From positions 617,328-663,629 of the forward strand of contig NW_008246088.1 in NCBI RefSeq assembly GCF_000281045.1: a stretch of DNA of 46,302 nt, in the 5' to 3' direction. The DNA comes from Saprolegnia diclina VS20 (lineage: Eukaryota). The notes beneath the pieces were generated by a model, which was given only the letters and a program-made list of their open reading frames with translations, ran no database searches and was not told where the DNA came from. The position numbers were made by a program, and so were the translations under genes. Below are positions 1 through 10,569 of the stretch, in pieces; the first letter of the stretch is position 1, and the number at the start of each line of letters is the position of its first letter.

Positions 1-237
1 GCTACTGCGATGACCGCCAAGGACCAGGCCAAGGACAAGCAAGTAGCGAAACTCAAGGCCGACGTCCAGCTCTTGCTCAGTCTGGAGCAAGACCGCAGTG
101 ACGACGACGACGACGAAGACATGGTGCATGCAGAGGTAACGCCCTGCGCGTACTTGGACCCAAACTACGAAGCGCAGCCTCCAGCGTACATGGACACGGA
201 CGACCCTTGGATCAGCGACGGCTACGCAGTCTTGTAG
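1..237 (+). CDS. 3' end of a gene running in from the left edge (short coiled coil and acidic tail), product unknown
   Basis: Frame is open from position 1 to TAG at 235-237; coding-like GC3; KDQAKDKQVAKLKADVQLLL followed by a DDDDDED tract; AT-rich sequence follows the stop. Confidence 0.5.
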   Translation, partial: ATAMTAKDQAKDKQVAKLKADVQLLLSLEQDRSDDDDDEDMVHAEVTPCAYLDPNYEAQPPAYMDTDDPWISDGYAVL

Positions 238-800
238 TCGATATAGCATAGGACAGTAAACACTAAGTGAATAATCAAAACAACGTTTGTACTCGTGTTG
301 TGTGTTGCTTGATGTTCTGGTACGCTTCTCAAATCTGGTAGAACCTCTTGAGGGCGTTCTAGTCACGCCTTGCACCTGCGAGCGTCACCTCCGCCATGTG
401 AGTGCCATTGTGTACTCTAAGCGCACACTACCTAAGCTCGTCATTCCACCAATCATCGATCTGATTTACGCAATACCACCGCATGATTGGCTGATCGCCG
501 TGAGCGAATGGGCCGTCGACCCTCACAGCGAGTCAGCAATACATGAGGTCCTTTTAAACTCTTAACGCCCGACCATATATTGAAGGACTCACAGCCCGAA
601 TTATAGCGCTTGTTGCAAGAACTACAAAAGCCAAGGTCGTTCATCGCACACCCGTCGCCTGTCGTCACCAGCTTCAAGTTGCGTGGTTTCAGCCAAACCG
701 CAAGTTGGAACGGTTGACGGCGTGGACGTCGGCCGGCGTCATCTCCAACCGGCGCGTGTCGCACCGGCCATTTTGCGTGGACAAGACTGCCGACACGACG

Positions 801-1478
801 ATGCCGGAAGCAGCATCGGCAGCCACGTGGGTCAACGCGCTCGGCTTCAGCGGCGGCGTGATCCTCTCGATCTGCACGGTGCCGCAGATCTACTCGATCG
901 TCAAGACCAAGTCGGCCGGCGATGTCTCGATGGTCTTTACCGTCATGTACTTTTTTGGTGTCGCGACGTCGGCGGCCTACATGTTTCTCATCAACGCCTA
1001 CGCCGCCGCGTGGCCGCTCGCGATCGAAACCATCTTTGGCGCGTCGCTTTGCTTCCTTGTCTACTACTACACGCGCGCGCGCCGGGCGCCGTACGACGTC
1101 ATCGCATCCTCCCACCACTGCGAGGTCGACATGCAGCGCGAGCTCAAGCTGCTCCAAGCCAGCCTCGAGCTCGCCGTTTGGTTCGAGTCGGCGCTCAGAA
1201 CCTTGGAGGCCGACATGGGTATTTCCTTGGGCGTATCGCGCCCGCCCTTGTCGCTCACGGTCACATTCAAAGCCCCAAACGCGATGTTTACCCAGCTCTA
1301 CCCGTTCATGGTCATCCAAGCCGGCCTCGCACGCGTCGCAATTGCGTCGCCGAGTGTCTCGGAGACCGACTTGGCCGCCTTGCTCGCCGAGTGTCGGACC
1401 ATGGGCAAGCGGTCGTTTGAGGCACCGACGTCGAACCACGTGCAAGGCTCGTACCGTCAGCTCGCCGACTCGGTGTAG
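801..1478 (+). CDS. SemiSWEET/PQ-loop (MtN3-like) membrane protein with an extra soluble C-terminal domain
   Basis: ATG at 801. LGFSGGVILSICTVPQIYSIVKTKSAGDVS is a typical PQ-loop/SemiSWEET signature (PQ...KTKSA.D.S) with about 3 TM helices, followed by roughly 130 aa of soluble sequence. Confidence 0.8.
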   Translation: MPEAASAATWVNALGFSGGVILSICTVPQIYSIVKTKSAGDVSMVFTVMYFFGVATSAAYMFLINAYAAAWPLAIETIFGASLCFLVYYYTRARRAPYDVIASSHHCEVDMQRELKLLQASLELAVWFESALRTLEADMGISLGVSRPPLSLTVTFKAPNAMFTQLYPFMVIQAGLARVAIASPSVSETDLAALLAECRTMGKRSFEAPTSNHVQGSYRQLADSV

Positions 1479-1565
1479 AGACGAGTACGTTCTACTAGTA
1501 TGGTACCAAGGACTTCGATGGCAGTAAGGTTTCAACTCGAAGCAGCATAAAGTTTGATGACGTTA

Positions 1566-2333
1566 TTAGCAAAAAGTTGTGCCAACGAGGATGATGTCGG
1601 GCACGACTGCCTTGTCGAGACCGCGGTACTTGAGACCAAAGACCATCGTACGCAGGTCGTAGCCGTAGACCTTGTCGCCGACGTCGACGCTTTTACCGAG
1701 ATGACTCACAACGTGGTGCCGCGTGTCGTTGACGCCCAAGTCGTTGGCGCTTGCGACTTCCAGCTCGACGACCGCGCCGTCGTATGGCCCCCACTGCTGC
1801 CCTGTGTAGTCGATATCCACCGGCTCGGCGTCCAAGACGATGTACGGCTCGCGCTCCATGCGAATGCGGATCGGCGGGTCGCGAAAGTACATGCTCGCTG
1901 TCACGATGCCCTCGTCGCCGGTCGACGGGTCGATGAGATGGAGCTGATGGCTCACGCGGGCGACAACGACGACGCGCGGCAAGTTGAGCTTGAGTGCGAG
2001 CGCTTTGGAGGCGACCACGAGGTCATACCGCTGCAGTGGACACACCTCGACGAGATGCGTGTGCTGCACAGCCGCGCTGCCGACGGTCCGCGACGTGGTA
2101 GTCCGGCACGGGAAGTTTGCATGAAGCTTCGTCACGAGCGTACGGGCGCGCGCTTGGTCGGCAAAGTAAAGGTCGAAGCCCGTGTCGCAGGGCTCGAGCA
2201 CGAGCACGTCGGCGTCGGCGAGGACGCGATCGAGGACCAGCGCAGCCTGTGGTGTTGAGCTACTGCGGCGGACTTGTACGAGCGCCTTCCATGGCGTGCG
2301 AAGATGGCTCGAAGCGTAGTGGGAGAGATGCAT
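1566..2333 (-). CDS. NMD3-like protein (C-terminal part only; lacks the N-terminal zinc-binding region and the C-terminal tail)
   Basis: Motifs collinear with NMD3: WKALVQVR, GFDLYF, VEVCPLQRYDLV, LHLIDP, YIVLDAE, DLGVND..HVVSHLG..VDVGD.VYGYDL, PDIILV. Intronless, 255 aa. Confidence 0.75.
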   Translation of the reverse strand: MHLSHYASSHLRTPWKALVQVRRSSSTPQAALVLDRVLADADVLVLEPCDTGFDLYFADQARARTLVTKLHANFPCRTTTSRTVGSAAVQHTHLVEVCPLQRYDLVVASKALALKLNLPRVVVVARVSHQLHLIDPSTGDEGIVTASMYFRDPPIRIRMEREPYIVLDAEPVDIDYTGQQWGPYDGAVVELEVASANDLGVNDTRHHVVSHLGKSVDVGDKVYGYDLRTMVFGLKYRGLDKAVVPDIILVGTTFC

Positions 2334-2648
2334 CTTGGTGCTAAGAAGCGCAAGTGGAAATGAGGCAGCGTAGCCATCGCTCGGCGAATGCCACGAGGTC
2401 CGGCCGGAAGCGCACCGGAACGTTCGGCCACAGCGCGGCTCGTAGGAATGCTGGTCGTTCGAGAGCGTTGGTGGATATGGTCGAGTATCCGGCGACTAAT
2501 CGAAAGGCTAGTCGGTAGAGCGAAAACCCCGTGAATATTCCGCGATTATCCGGATAAACAATAAAAACCTATGCGTCAAACCGATCTAGTCGAAAACCGA
2601 CTAGGCGCATCCTGGTTGGCTGGTCATTTTGGACGCCGAACGAGCCCG
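2334..2648. promoter_or_regulatory. Short bidirectional promoter between the NMD3-like and FabF genes
   Basis: 315 bp between head-to-head ATGs; palindrome TTATCCGGATAA at 2546-2557; Inr-like CTCATTTCCA on the minus strand near 2355-2364. Confidence 0.5.
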
Positions 2649-4346
2649 ATGTTTCCACCTCCGCCTGCGGCGCTGAGCCGACGTGTCGTCATCACTGGCC
2701 TTGGCGCGGTCACGCCCTTGGGCGTTGGCCTCGAGGCCACGTGGAACCGCCTCATCAACGGCGACTGCGGTATCTCGACCTTGACGTCGTTCGACACGAC
2801 GGGCCTCGACTGCACGGTGGGCGGCCAAGTCCCGGACTTTGACCCGCTCGAGCACATCAACCGTCGCGAGGCGCGCAGCCAAGACGTGCGGTTCATTTCG
2901 TTTGCCATCGCCGCTGCCAACGAAGCCATCAAGGATGCGCAATGGACGCCGGCGTCGGACGCAGCCAAGGAACGTGCGGGTGTGGCGATCGGCGCAGGCA
3001 TTGGCAACCTTCAGGAGATCGTCGAGACCGCAGCGCTTGTCCAGCAGCAGGTAATGCATCCTCGGATAGTCCACAGCCATTGTGACCATGCTTGTAGAAG
3101 TACCGCCGGGTTTCGCCCTTCTTTGTGCCACGTATCTTGATCAACCTGGCTGCGGGGCACGTCAGCATGATGCACGGCCTCAAGGTACATCCATACTACG
3201 CTACATACGCGAGAGCAAGCAGCGAACGTAGGGCCCCAATCATGCGTGCACGACGGCCTGCGCCACCGGCAGCCACAGCATTGGCGATGCCTACCGCTTC
3301 ATTCGCAACGGCGGTACGCCGGTTCCGCATTCTCAGCCTCCGTAGACGAACGTCCATGCGTAGATGCGGATGTGATGGTCGCTGGCGGCTCGGAAGCGAG
3401 CTTGAACCCACTCTCGATGTGCGGCTTTCTCCGCGCCAAGGCGCTGGCGACAAAGGTTCTTGTGTATTCCACTGCGGCCGGTATCCCTAATGTACTTGCA
3501 CTGTAGTTTAATGACAACCCCGAGGCTGCCTCGCGGCCCTTTGACGCGCAGCGCGACGGCTTTGTCATGGGCGAAGGCGCTGGCGTCTGCTTCCTCGAGG
3601 TAGCCGTCGCCGGTTCGTGGAAATGGATCGAAACGTGCTTGCGAGTAGGAGTACGAGCACGCCAAGGCGCGCGGGGCGCGCATCTACGGCGAGATCCGCG
3701 GCTACGGTCTGAGTGGCGACGCGCATCACTTGACGGCCCCGACAGAGAACGGGGACGGCGCCTTCCGGTAGGCGCAACGCAAGCTCGGATCATGTTGAAT
3801 GGGACGATCCTAGCGCGATGCAGTCGGCGGTGGCGCAGTCGGGTCTTCAGTTCTCAGACATTGGCTACATCAATGCGCACGCCACGTCGACGCCTCTGGG
3901 TGACGCGGCCGAGAACCGCGCGATCAAGCGCCTCTTTGGTATGACTCTGGAAAGCGACTAGCACATTAGCCTCGTATCCATAGGGTCGCACGCATACAAC
4001 CTCAGCGTCTCGTCGACCAAGGTGCGTTATTGGATCTGACCAGAAATCACATACGAGATGATATAGGGTGCCGTGGGGCACTTGCTGGGCGCGGCGGGCG
4101 CCATCGAAGCCATCTTTGCCCTCAAGGCCATGCACGAGGTAGCCATTTATTCCAGGTCGGACTATGGAAACGAGTGCGTTCGAGTAGAGTGTCCTTCCGC
4201 CGACGCTCAATTTGCATGAAAAAATCGACGAGTTCGACTTGGATTACGTGCCTCTCGAAGCCAAAGCCCGCACGGTCAACGCTGTCCTCTCCAACTCGTT
4301 TGGCTTTGGCGGCACCAACTCGTCGCTCTGCTTTGCCAAGATCTAG
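2649..4346 (+). CDS. fabF: Beta-ketoacyl-ACP synthase II (FabF / mitochondrial OXSM-CEM1 type), 10 exons
   Basis: Hand-spliced introns 3051-3097, 3185-3231, 3314-3363, 3456-3506, 3600-3648, 3768-3813, 3939-3983, 4022-4066, 4139-4187 (all GT-AG) give [15 protein letters not shown]...[13 protein letters not shown]...[18 protein letters not shown]...[13 protein letters not shown]...[15 protein letters not shown]...[10 protein letters not shown]. The Cys-His-His triad is intact. Confidence 0.95.
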
Positions 4347-5210
4347 AGGTCGGCCATTAAAATGCACTTGGAATTGGCGTTTCTTTTAAATTGCTTGTGG
4401 TTTGTATGAGTTCGACTGATATTAAAGCCGATACGAGTGCATAGTGTATTTGAGTGAAAAATATGCAATTGTGAGACAATTGCTTGATTGGGATACTCCC
4501 TTTCTGCAACGCCAGCCCTCCTTTTCGATCCCGTCACGTTGTGCGCGCCTCCTTCTCGCTTGATCACCCTCTCTTCATGATGGCACAGTGCATGTGCTGC
4601 TATGACCAAGTACTTCTAGTGTACTAGTACTCCAGTATACTCGTAGATCCGTATTGAAAAAAGAGCAGACAAACATAGACTCGGCCTTGGCTTGCCTCTG
4701 TGCACGCTTCTGGTTCACCATCTGCCTGATGTGACTAAACTCTGTATGCAGGCGGCGGTCGTGGACGGGTGTACACCGGTACACCAGGTGTGAACGCTGT
4801 CCTCCGTACTAGTCACTATGCCAAACGGCGGGCCCAATATTGGAGGTATTGCAGCTGTGGAGAACCGCGCTGCTGCACTTCGAGGAAGACATCGTGCTAG
4901 TCTCTGGAGATGCAAGCAGAAGGGGTTTTGCCATGCAGCCTCGTTCGTCGTTGAGCCGCAGTGGCGCATGCCGTCTTTAGACTTGCGACATTCATACCAG
5001 GTCGGAGCAATCCTTCATTTCTCCGGCCCACCGGTTGCAAACATAGCATCTTGGCATCGAAAGGCGTGTGTTTTGATGGTACAGCTGCAAACTGAGGGAT
5101 TTTCTCACAAAGATCCAGCCCGCGCATTTCATGCATCCATATCTACGAGTATCATGCACAAGTACAACCGAACTCTGAGCTGCATTTTCGCTTTTGCAAC
5201 GTCCAACACC

Positions 5211-5798
5211 ATGCCGGGTCCCCTACTCCTCACCTCCGAAGTTCACGTTCCGACGCAGACCGCGTGGCTCGCACCGCCGTCGTCGGCGCTGATTCTTGAC
5301 CACCGCAAGGCCGATATCGTGGCCTCGCGCCATTGGCAGACATGCCGGGGCGCGTCACCGACGCTGACCTACTCGATGCAATTCGATGCCATTGGCTGCC
5401 GCCACATTGTCCTCGGTGTCTCGGGTCAGTGCTGCTCGCGCCTCGCCGACGTCGTTGGCATCGACTTTGACGTGCGCACGGGCGCTGTGCTCTGGACTTC
5501 AGAGCGCAACGTTCACTACGAGACCGACGCGGCGTACACGTACGAGTGGGGTGCGTCTGACGCGCACATCGTCACGGTCGAGCATGATGTGTCGGCGCAC
5601 GAACTCCGCTTCTTCATGAACGGCATGTCCATGGGCATTGTGCTTCGGGACGTGCCCGAGTCGTGTACGTACCCAGCCATGGCGCTCCGAGGCGCACTGC
5701 AGCCCAACGCGACCACGATCGTGCGGCTAGTCGAAAACCCGCCCAACAATTCCCAAGTACTAGTATTTTTCTATGATAATTTACGTATTTTTCTGTGA
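5211..5798 (+). CDS. SPRY/B30.2-like beta-sandwich protein, copy 1
   Basis: ATG at 5211; C-terminal V.V.HD....ELRFFMNG.SMG.VL.DVP...YPAMAL matches the SPRY C-terminal pattern; clear paralog at 6114-6656. Confidence 0.65.
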   Translation: MPGPLLLTSEVHVPTQTAWLAPPSSALILDHRKADIVASRHWQTCRGASPTLTYSMQFDAIGCRHIVLGVSGQCCSRLADVVGIDFDVRTGAVLWTSERNVHYETDAAYTYEWGASDAHIVTVEHDVSAHELRFFMNGMSMGIVLRDVPESCTYPAMALRGALQPNATTIVRLVENPPNNSQVLVFFYDNLRIFL

Positions 5799-6113
5799 TT
5801 ATAATGCGCGTTCTGGAAGGTTAGCGAGCGACGTGTGGCATACGTGAGGCACGGGTACTCGACATTGGGTACTCGAAGGAAATTGCAGCGCACGATGCAC
5901 CCCGTCGTCCCTCGTTGCTTGAAGTTGATGGTCGAAGGCGCGAGAAACGGTCCTTGAAGTTGAAGTTGGTGGGACACCAAAGGTAACGACGGGTCGCGGA
6001 ATTCGCGTTGGGTCCATCTAAAATCGAAGGTGGTCAAGTAACATCGTACGAGGCTAGTATTGGACTCGCCTTTCCCACTTTGCACTTTGCGATTATCCTT
6101 CTCCTACAAAACC

Positions 6114-6656
6114 ATGCCTGTCTTCCCGGTGTCTCCGACCAGCATGTGCAAGGTCGTCGACCTCAGCTCCGCGGTGCCCACCAAGGCGGCGGCCCAGTGG
6201 CAACCAACAAGTCCGACGGCAACAACCCAGTTGACTGTCGCCGCCACCAAGCAGTGGCAAGCCTTCCGCAGTGCCACGCCGTCGACCGACTACACGGTTG
6301 AGTTTCAGTCGCTTGGCTGCCGCTACCTCGTACTCGGGTTGAGCGCCGAGCCGTGCGCACGCCAGAGCGATGTCATCGGTGTTCAATTCGACATTCGCAC
6401 CGGCGCCGTGCTCAGGTCGTCCGAGCAGTTGGTCGATTTTGCGTCCGACGCCGCGTACTCGGTCGAGTGGCAAGCTAACGACGAGCTCGTCGTCCACGTC
6501 CAGCTAAATGCAAAGACGCGCGCCTTGAGCTACTTTGTCAACGGCCGTGCGATTGGCGTGACCCTTCGCAATATGCCTGCCGCATGCGTGTACCCAGCCG
6601 TCGCGCTTCGAGGCGCGGCCCTCGACGCGTCCGTGACCGAGCTCACGCTGCGATAA
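6114..6656 (+). CDS. SPRY/B30.2-like beta-sandwich protein, copy 2 (tandem paralog)
   Basis: ATG at 6114; shares GCR..VLG.S, DV.G..FD.RTGAVL..SE, DAAY..EW, F.NG...G..LR, YPA.ALRGA with copy 1. Confidence 0.65.
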   Translation: MPVFPVSPTSMCKVVDLSSAVPTKAAAQWQPTSPTATTQLTVAATKQWQAFRSATPSTDYTVEFQSLGCRYLVLGLSAEPCARQSDVIGVQFDIRTGAVLRSSEQLVDFASDAAYSVEWQANDELVVHVQLNAKTRALSYFVNGRAIGVTLRNMPAACVYPAVALRGAALDASVTELTLR

Positions 6657-6776
6657 GTGGCACCAAACCTTGTAGCACTATAAAATTATCCTAAAACGAC
6701 AATAAACACACAATATATCCCTGTGAGATTCTGCATATTAGAAGGCTCTCACAGAGTGCTGTATCCTATTCAAGTC

Positions 6777-7608
6777 CTATCCACTGTAGCGCCCGATGAG
6801 CGATGGCGGCGGCAGCGCGTCCATGATCTCGGGGTGCGCGATCATGTAGGCTTCAATCGTCGTCTTGCGGTCGCCCAGAAATGAATGCTTCAAGAAATCG
6901 ACGTGGACTTGCTACTCGATAGCATCAGTCACCCTGAACCGCTCGTTGGTGACGAGTGTACCTCGCCGAGCTTGGCGACCGATAGGAGGCAGTGGCGGAG
7001 GTAGACCTACGCAATTCGCTGCTTTCTGTCGTATCTACAGGTGACGTACCCGGCACGGAAGAATGCCGCTCTCGGGACCCCAGCCCCAGATCGTGTCGAG
7101 ACCAAACTGCCCGTAGCGCTCGTCAAAGAAGGCTTGACCACTACGATAGCACCAGCCTTTGAATTGCAGCGCATGCGAGAACGTACTTGGCTTGGACCAC
7201 CGCCTCGTCGGTCCAGCGAAGGCACATGAGCGCCTTGTCTCTCGAGCCGTCCGTCTCTTCGTACTCGACTGGCTGGATGTCGTAGAGGTGCTCCCGGCGG
7301 CGAAACGATACCACTTGGTCTTCTGGCACTTCGAAGACACTCACGATAAAGCTGCTGCCCGGACTTGGCTCGACGCAGAGGCACGCAAACTCCTACGTGA
7401 CGTCAAGCTACGGGTATCGTCGATGCTGCACCTTTGTCGTGGGGTTGGCAACCTTCTCGGGGAAGAAGATTGAGCCTGGCAGCGCGAAGACGCGGCGGTA
7501 GCCATGCACACGGCCAAGGCGGAAGCGCTGCATCGTCGCGCCAAAGGTCGACCGCGCCGACGTCTCGGAGAGGAGCGACCCGTACCCGAGGATCTTGACC
7601 ATCGCCAT
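6777..7608 (-). CDS. Gamma-glutamylcyclotransferase (GGCT/ChaC/AIG2-like fold) protein A, 5 exons
   Basis: N-terminal ILGYGSLLS motif, GYRRVF, RRREHLY. Introns (minus strand) 7431-7393, 7186-7141, 7049-7007, 6961-6912 give a continuous frame ending PPPSLIGRYSG*. Confidence 0.75.
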
Positions 7609-7994
7609 CGTGGTCGACTTCCGAAATGCGATTTATCCGCGATGCCACGTATGCGTCTTGAAATATATTCATATATAAAGGCTATGGATTGTGAGAGTGA
7701 ATATTCTTGTGACCGATGCTTGGAGCGTCGAGTTCCACCAGGACATCGGAACTCTTGCCCAGCCATTCGTTGACATTAGTGTCGGTCGATCGTAATATTG
7801 AGCTTTACATGTGAGCCCTATATTGTACTCGAACCAACGCAGTCTCACAGTCTCAAAATGGGATGCCGATGCAGCCACCAAAATGCTCACCACGACAACG
7901 TAGTCCACTGTGCCCACTTGATTTTCAACGGAATAAGATTTTGGTTGCATTCACAGTATTGGAGACGCGGATAGCCCTACGCAGCAGCGCAGAG

Positions 7995-8824
7995 CTACCC
8001 GCTGTAGCGACTCGCCAAGTGGGGCGGTGGCAGCTCGTGCATAATGTCCGGGTGCTGGGCCAAGTACGTCTTGATCGTCGTCTTGCGGTCGCTCAGGTAC
8101 GTGTTCTTGACAAAGTCGTCGTAAACCGCCTAGTATGCGTCGTCCGAGCCACTCGCAGAAGGGTATGGTCGCACCTCGCCCAATTTTTCGACCGCAAGAA
8201 TGCAGTGCCGCATGTACACCTGTACAATCTCACATTATTAACCGCATTGCAGGCGCGTGGTTGTACCCGGCACGGCAGGATGCCGCTGTCGTGGCCAAAG
8301 CCCCAGATCGTGTCGAGGCCATACGCTGTGTAGAGCTTGTCAAACTCGTCTTGGCCGCTACGTGCATACTAGTACTCGGCATCACATATTGTCGCAAGCG
8401 TACCGTGCAACAATGTACTCGGCGTCCGTCCAGCGGCAGCACATCAAGCCCGTGTTGATGCGGCCATTGACTTCTTCAAACTCGACGGTCTCGATTTTGA
8501 ACTCTTCTTCGCGGGCATAGAAGCCCATGAGCTGGTCCTCGGGGATCTCAAACACCGAAATCGTAAACGAGCACCCGTCGCACGGCTCGGCCGAGAGGCT
8601 GGCCATCTCCTACGACGACGCTGTCCGCTAGAGCTGGTCGGCGCAGGAGGTACCTTGGTCTCGAGGCGCGCAATGTTGCGCTGGAAAAAGATGGACGCGG
8701 GGTGCGCAAAGACGCGTCGGTAGTTCTTGACGCGTGCGAGGCGGAAGCGGCTCACGTGGTGGCCAAAGGTCGACCGCGCCGAGAGCTCTGAGAGCAACGA
8801 GCCGTACCCGATGATGTTGACCAT
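7995..8824 (-). CDS. Gamma-glutamylcyclotransferase-like protein B, 5 exons (tandem paralog of A)
   Basis: MVNIIGYGSLLSELSARSTFG...YRRVFAHP...FYAREEEF...GLDTIWG...GILPCR/VYMRHC...PPPHLASRYSG*; introns at the same positions as in copy A. Confidence 0.75.
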
Positions 8825-9207
8825 GCCACTTGCCGACTGATCATCCGGATATTTGTCAATTTTTATCCGGAATCCACTCAGATCTGAAATGGGTGTTGTG
8901 GCAAAATGGAGCAACTCAGCCGAGTCCCTTGGTGACGTAGAACAGGCCGCCAACAACGCACAGATGCGTCGGCAGTAACACACGCCCTTCGACCGGTAGC
9001 CGAGGCAGTGCACGACATGTGAGAACGGACAAGATCAATAGCCGCCACGACCACAAGGTAGTCCCCGCGTTGATGCGCCAACTTTCGGGCTGCGAGCAGC
9101 TCCGTACGCCACAGGGCGTGGCCTCGCCTATGGCGTGTACCCGTGGCGATAGACAATATGTCCATAATGTGTTCAAAAAGACTAGTAACAGATTAGCCGT
9201 CCCTGAA

Positions 9208-10122
9208 TTACGCCTGGCAAAAGATGGTGCCGCCGTTGTTGCGCGGCATCGGCGGCGGCGGCGGCACGTCGCCGTTGATCTTCTTGCAGTAGCACGTGCC
9301 CAAGGGGTTGGTCGGCTGCGCCATGTTGCCGGTCGGGCCGAGGTACCACGCAAATGCGTTGGCGTTGCCATTCGTCATGCACTTGGCGCAGTCCTGGAAC
9401 GACCCCTGGAAGTTGTTGACGTCGCCCGAGTACGGCACGTCGTAGTTGCCGTAGCAGACCTTGTACGTGTACGGGACTGCTGCGACGGCGCTGAGGTCCA
9501 CGGCCTTGCTCCACACGGGATAGTAGTTGTTGGCCACGCTTTGCAGGACGCACGTCTGGCTGTACCGCGTGTACGAGACAGCGGCGCAGCCGACCGTGCT
9601 CAAGCAAGACACTTCACACGACTCGAGCGACGAGACGCCGCCCTTGGTCACCATGGCCGGGCCTTGAAACTGGTACCCCGGGTTCTCGACCCACTTGGAC
9701 GACGACGGCAGCTTGGGTTCCTCCTTGCACGACTTGGTGACGCGGGGCGCGACGTTGAAGGCGCGGCTCGGGTCGACGAGCTGCTTCATGTAGCACATGC
9801 CCTGCGGCCCGTCGTTGTCCTTGACCCAGGCAAAGGCGTTGCACCCTGGGTTGCGCTTGCACGTGTCCATGCACCCGTCAAAGCCCGTATGGCTGTCGGC
9901 AATGTCCGAGCCGACAAGGTCCGAGTTGGTCGCGCACACAAAGTTGCGGACCGGCGCGCGGTTGCCGGGCTGGCACATGGAGAAGGTTCCGTCGTCCACC
10001 GGCTTGCAGAAGAAGCCACTGTTGCAGTCTTGCTCCATCAAGCACGGCTTGAACTGCTGCTGGCGCAAGTTGGCGGCGCCGAGGACCGACGCGATCGAGG
10101 CGAATGCAGCGAGGAGCTTCAT
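9208..10122 (-). CDS. Secreted PAN/Apple-domain (CBEL-like lectin/adhesin) protein, copy 1
   Basis: Signal peptide MKLLAAFASIASVLGA; Cys-rich N-terminal module and three Apple-like repeats (e.g. GCMDTCKRNPGCNAFAW...GMCYMK); 304 aa, intronless. Confidence 0.8.
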   Translation of the reverse strand: MKLLAAFASIASVLGAANLRQQQFKPCLMEQDCNSGFFCKPVDDGTFSMCQPGNRAPVRNFVCATNSDLVGSDIADSHTGFDGCMDTCKRNPGCNAFAWVKDNDGPQGMCYMKQLVDPSRAFNVAPRVTKSCKEEPKLPSSSKWVENPGYQFQGPAMVTKGGVSSLESCEVSCLSTVGCAAVSYTRYSQTCVLQSVANNYYPVWSKAVDLSAVAAVPYTYKVCYGNYDVPYSGDVNNFQGSFQDCAKCMTNGNANAFAWYLGPTGNMAQPTNPLGTCYCKKINGDVPPPPPMPRNNGGTIFCQA

Positions 10123-10569
10123 ACGGCCAATTGAAAAATGAAGGACGACTACGATGGCGAGCTAGCGACTGCTATCAGTGGACCCGGCAGCTGCCCGATG
10201 GATGTGTTGGGCGCTGCGACGGCGTGCGACTCAACGCTCAGTATGCTCGCACCGATGTTGGCCACACGAATTCAAATGATCGCAAGATCCTGAAAAAGAT
10301 ATGGCGACCGAACGTTGAAGTTGGTGAACCGGGTGGAATGACTATCAGTGCAGTGGCAAAGCAGCCGCACGAGACTGTCACGAGCAACGACTGCGTCAAT
10401 GACACCGAGAGCCGTGCTGTAGAGACCAGCACGACGTTATGGCCGCGCTGCAGTCGCTGCTCGTGCAGCAACGGCGACAGAAGACGGTCGCGCCGGCTCC
10501 GAGTTGGGCGACGACGTAGTGTACGAGACATGTGCGAAGGGTAGCACTTGCACTTTCTGACAAATCTAA

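Noticed and set aside
287..700. ORF 287-565 and adjacent frames as a gene remnant
   Set aside because: Non-ATG start, no recognisable similarity.
453..1535. Long antisense or alternative-frame ORFs (453-1535, also 9019-10134, 11966-12952, 15853-16803, 24153-25016, 30138-31208, 36519-37637)
   Set aside because: Shadow ORFs caused by high GC3 on the opposite strand of recognisable genes; Arg/Val/Ala-rich with no motifs.
4818..5210. N-terminal extension of the 4818-5798 ORF
   Set aside because: Non-coding-like composition; the paralog at 6114 supports a start near 5211.
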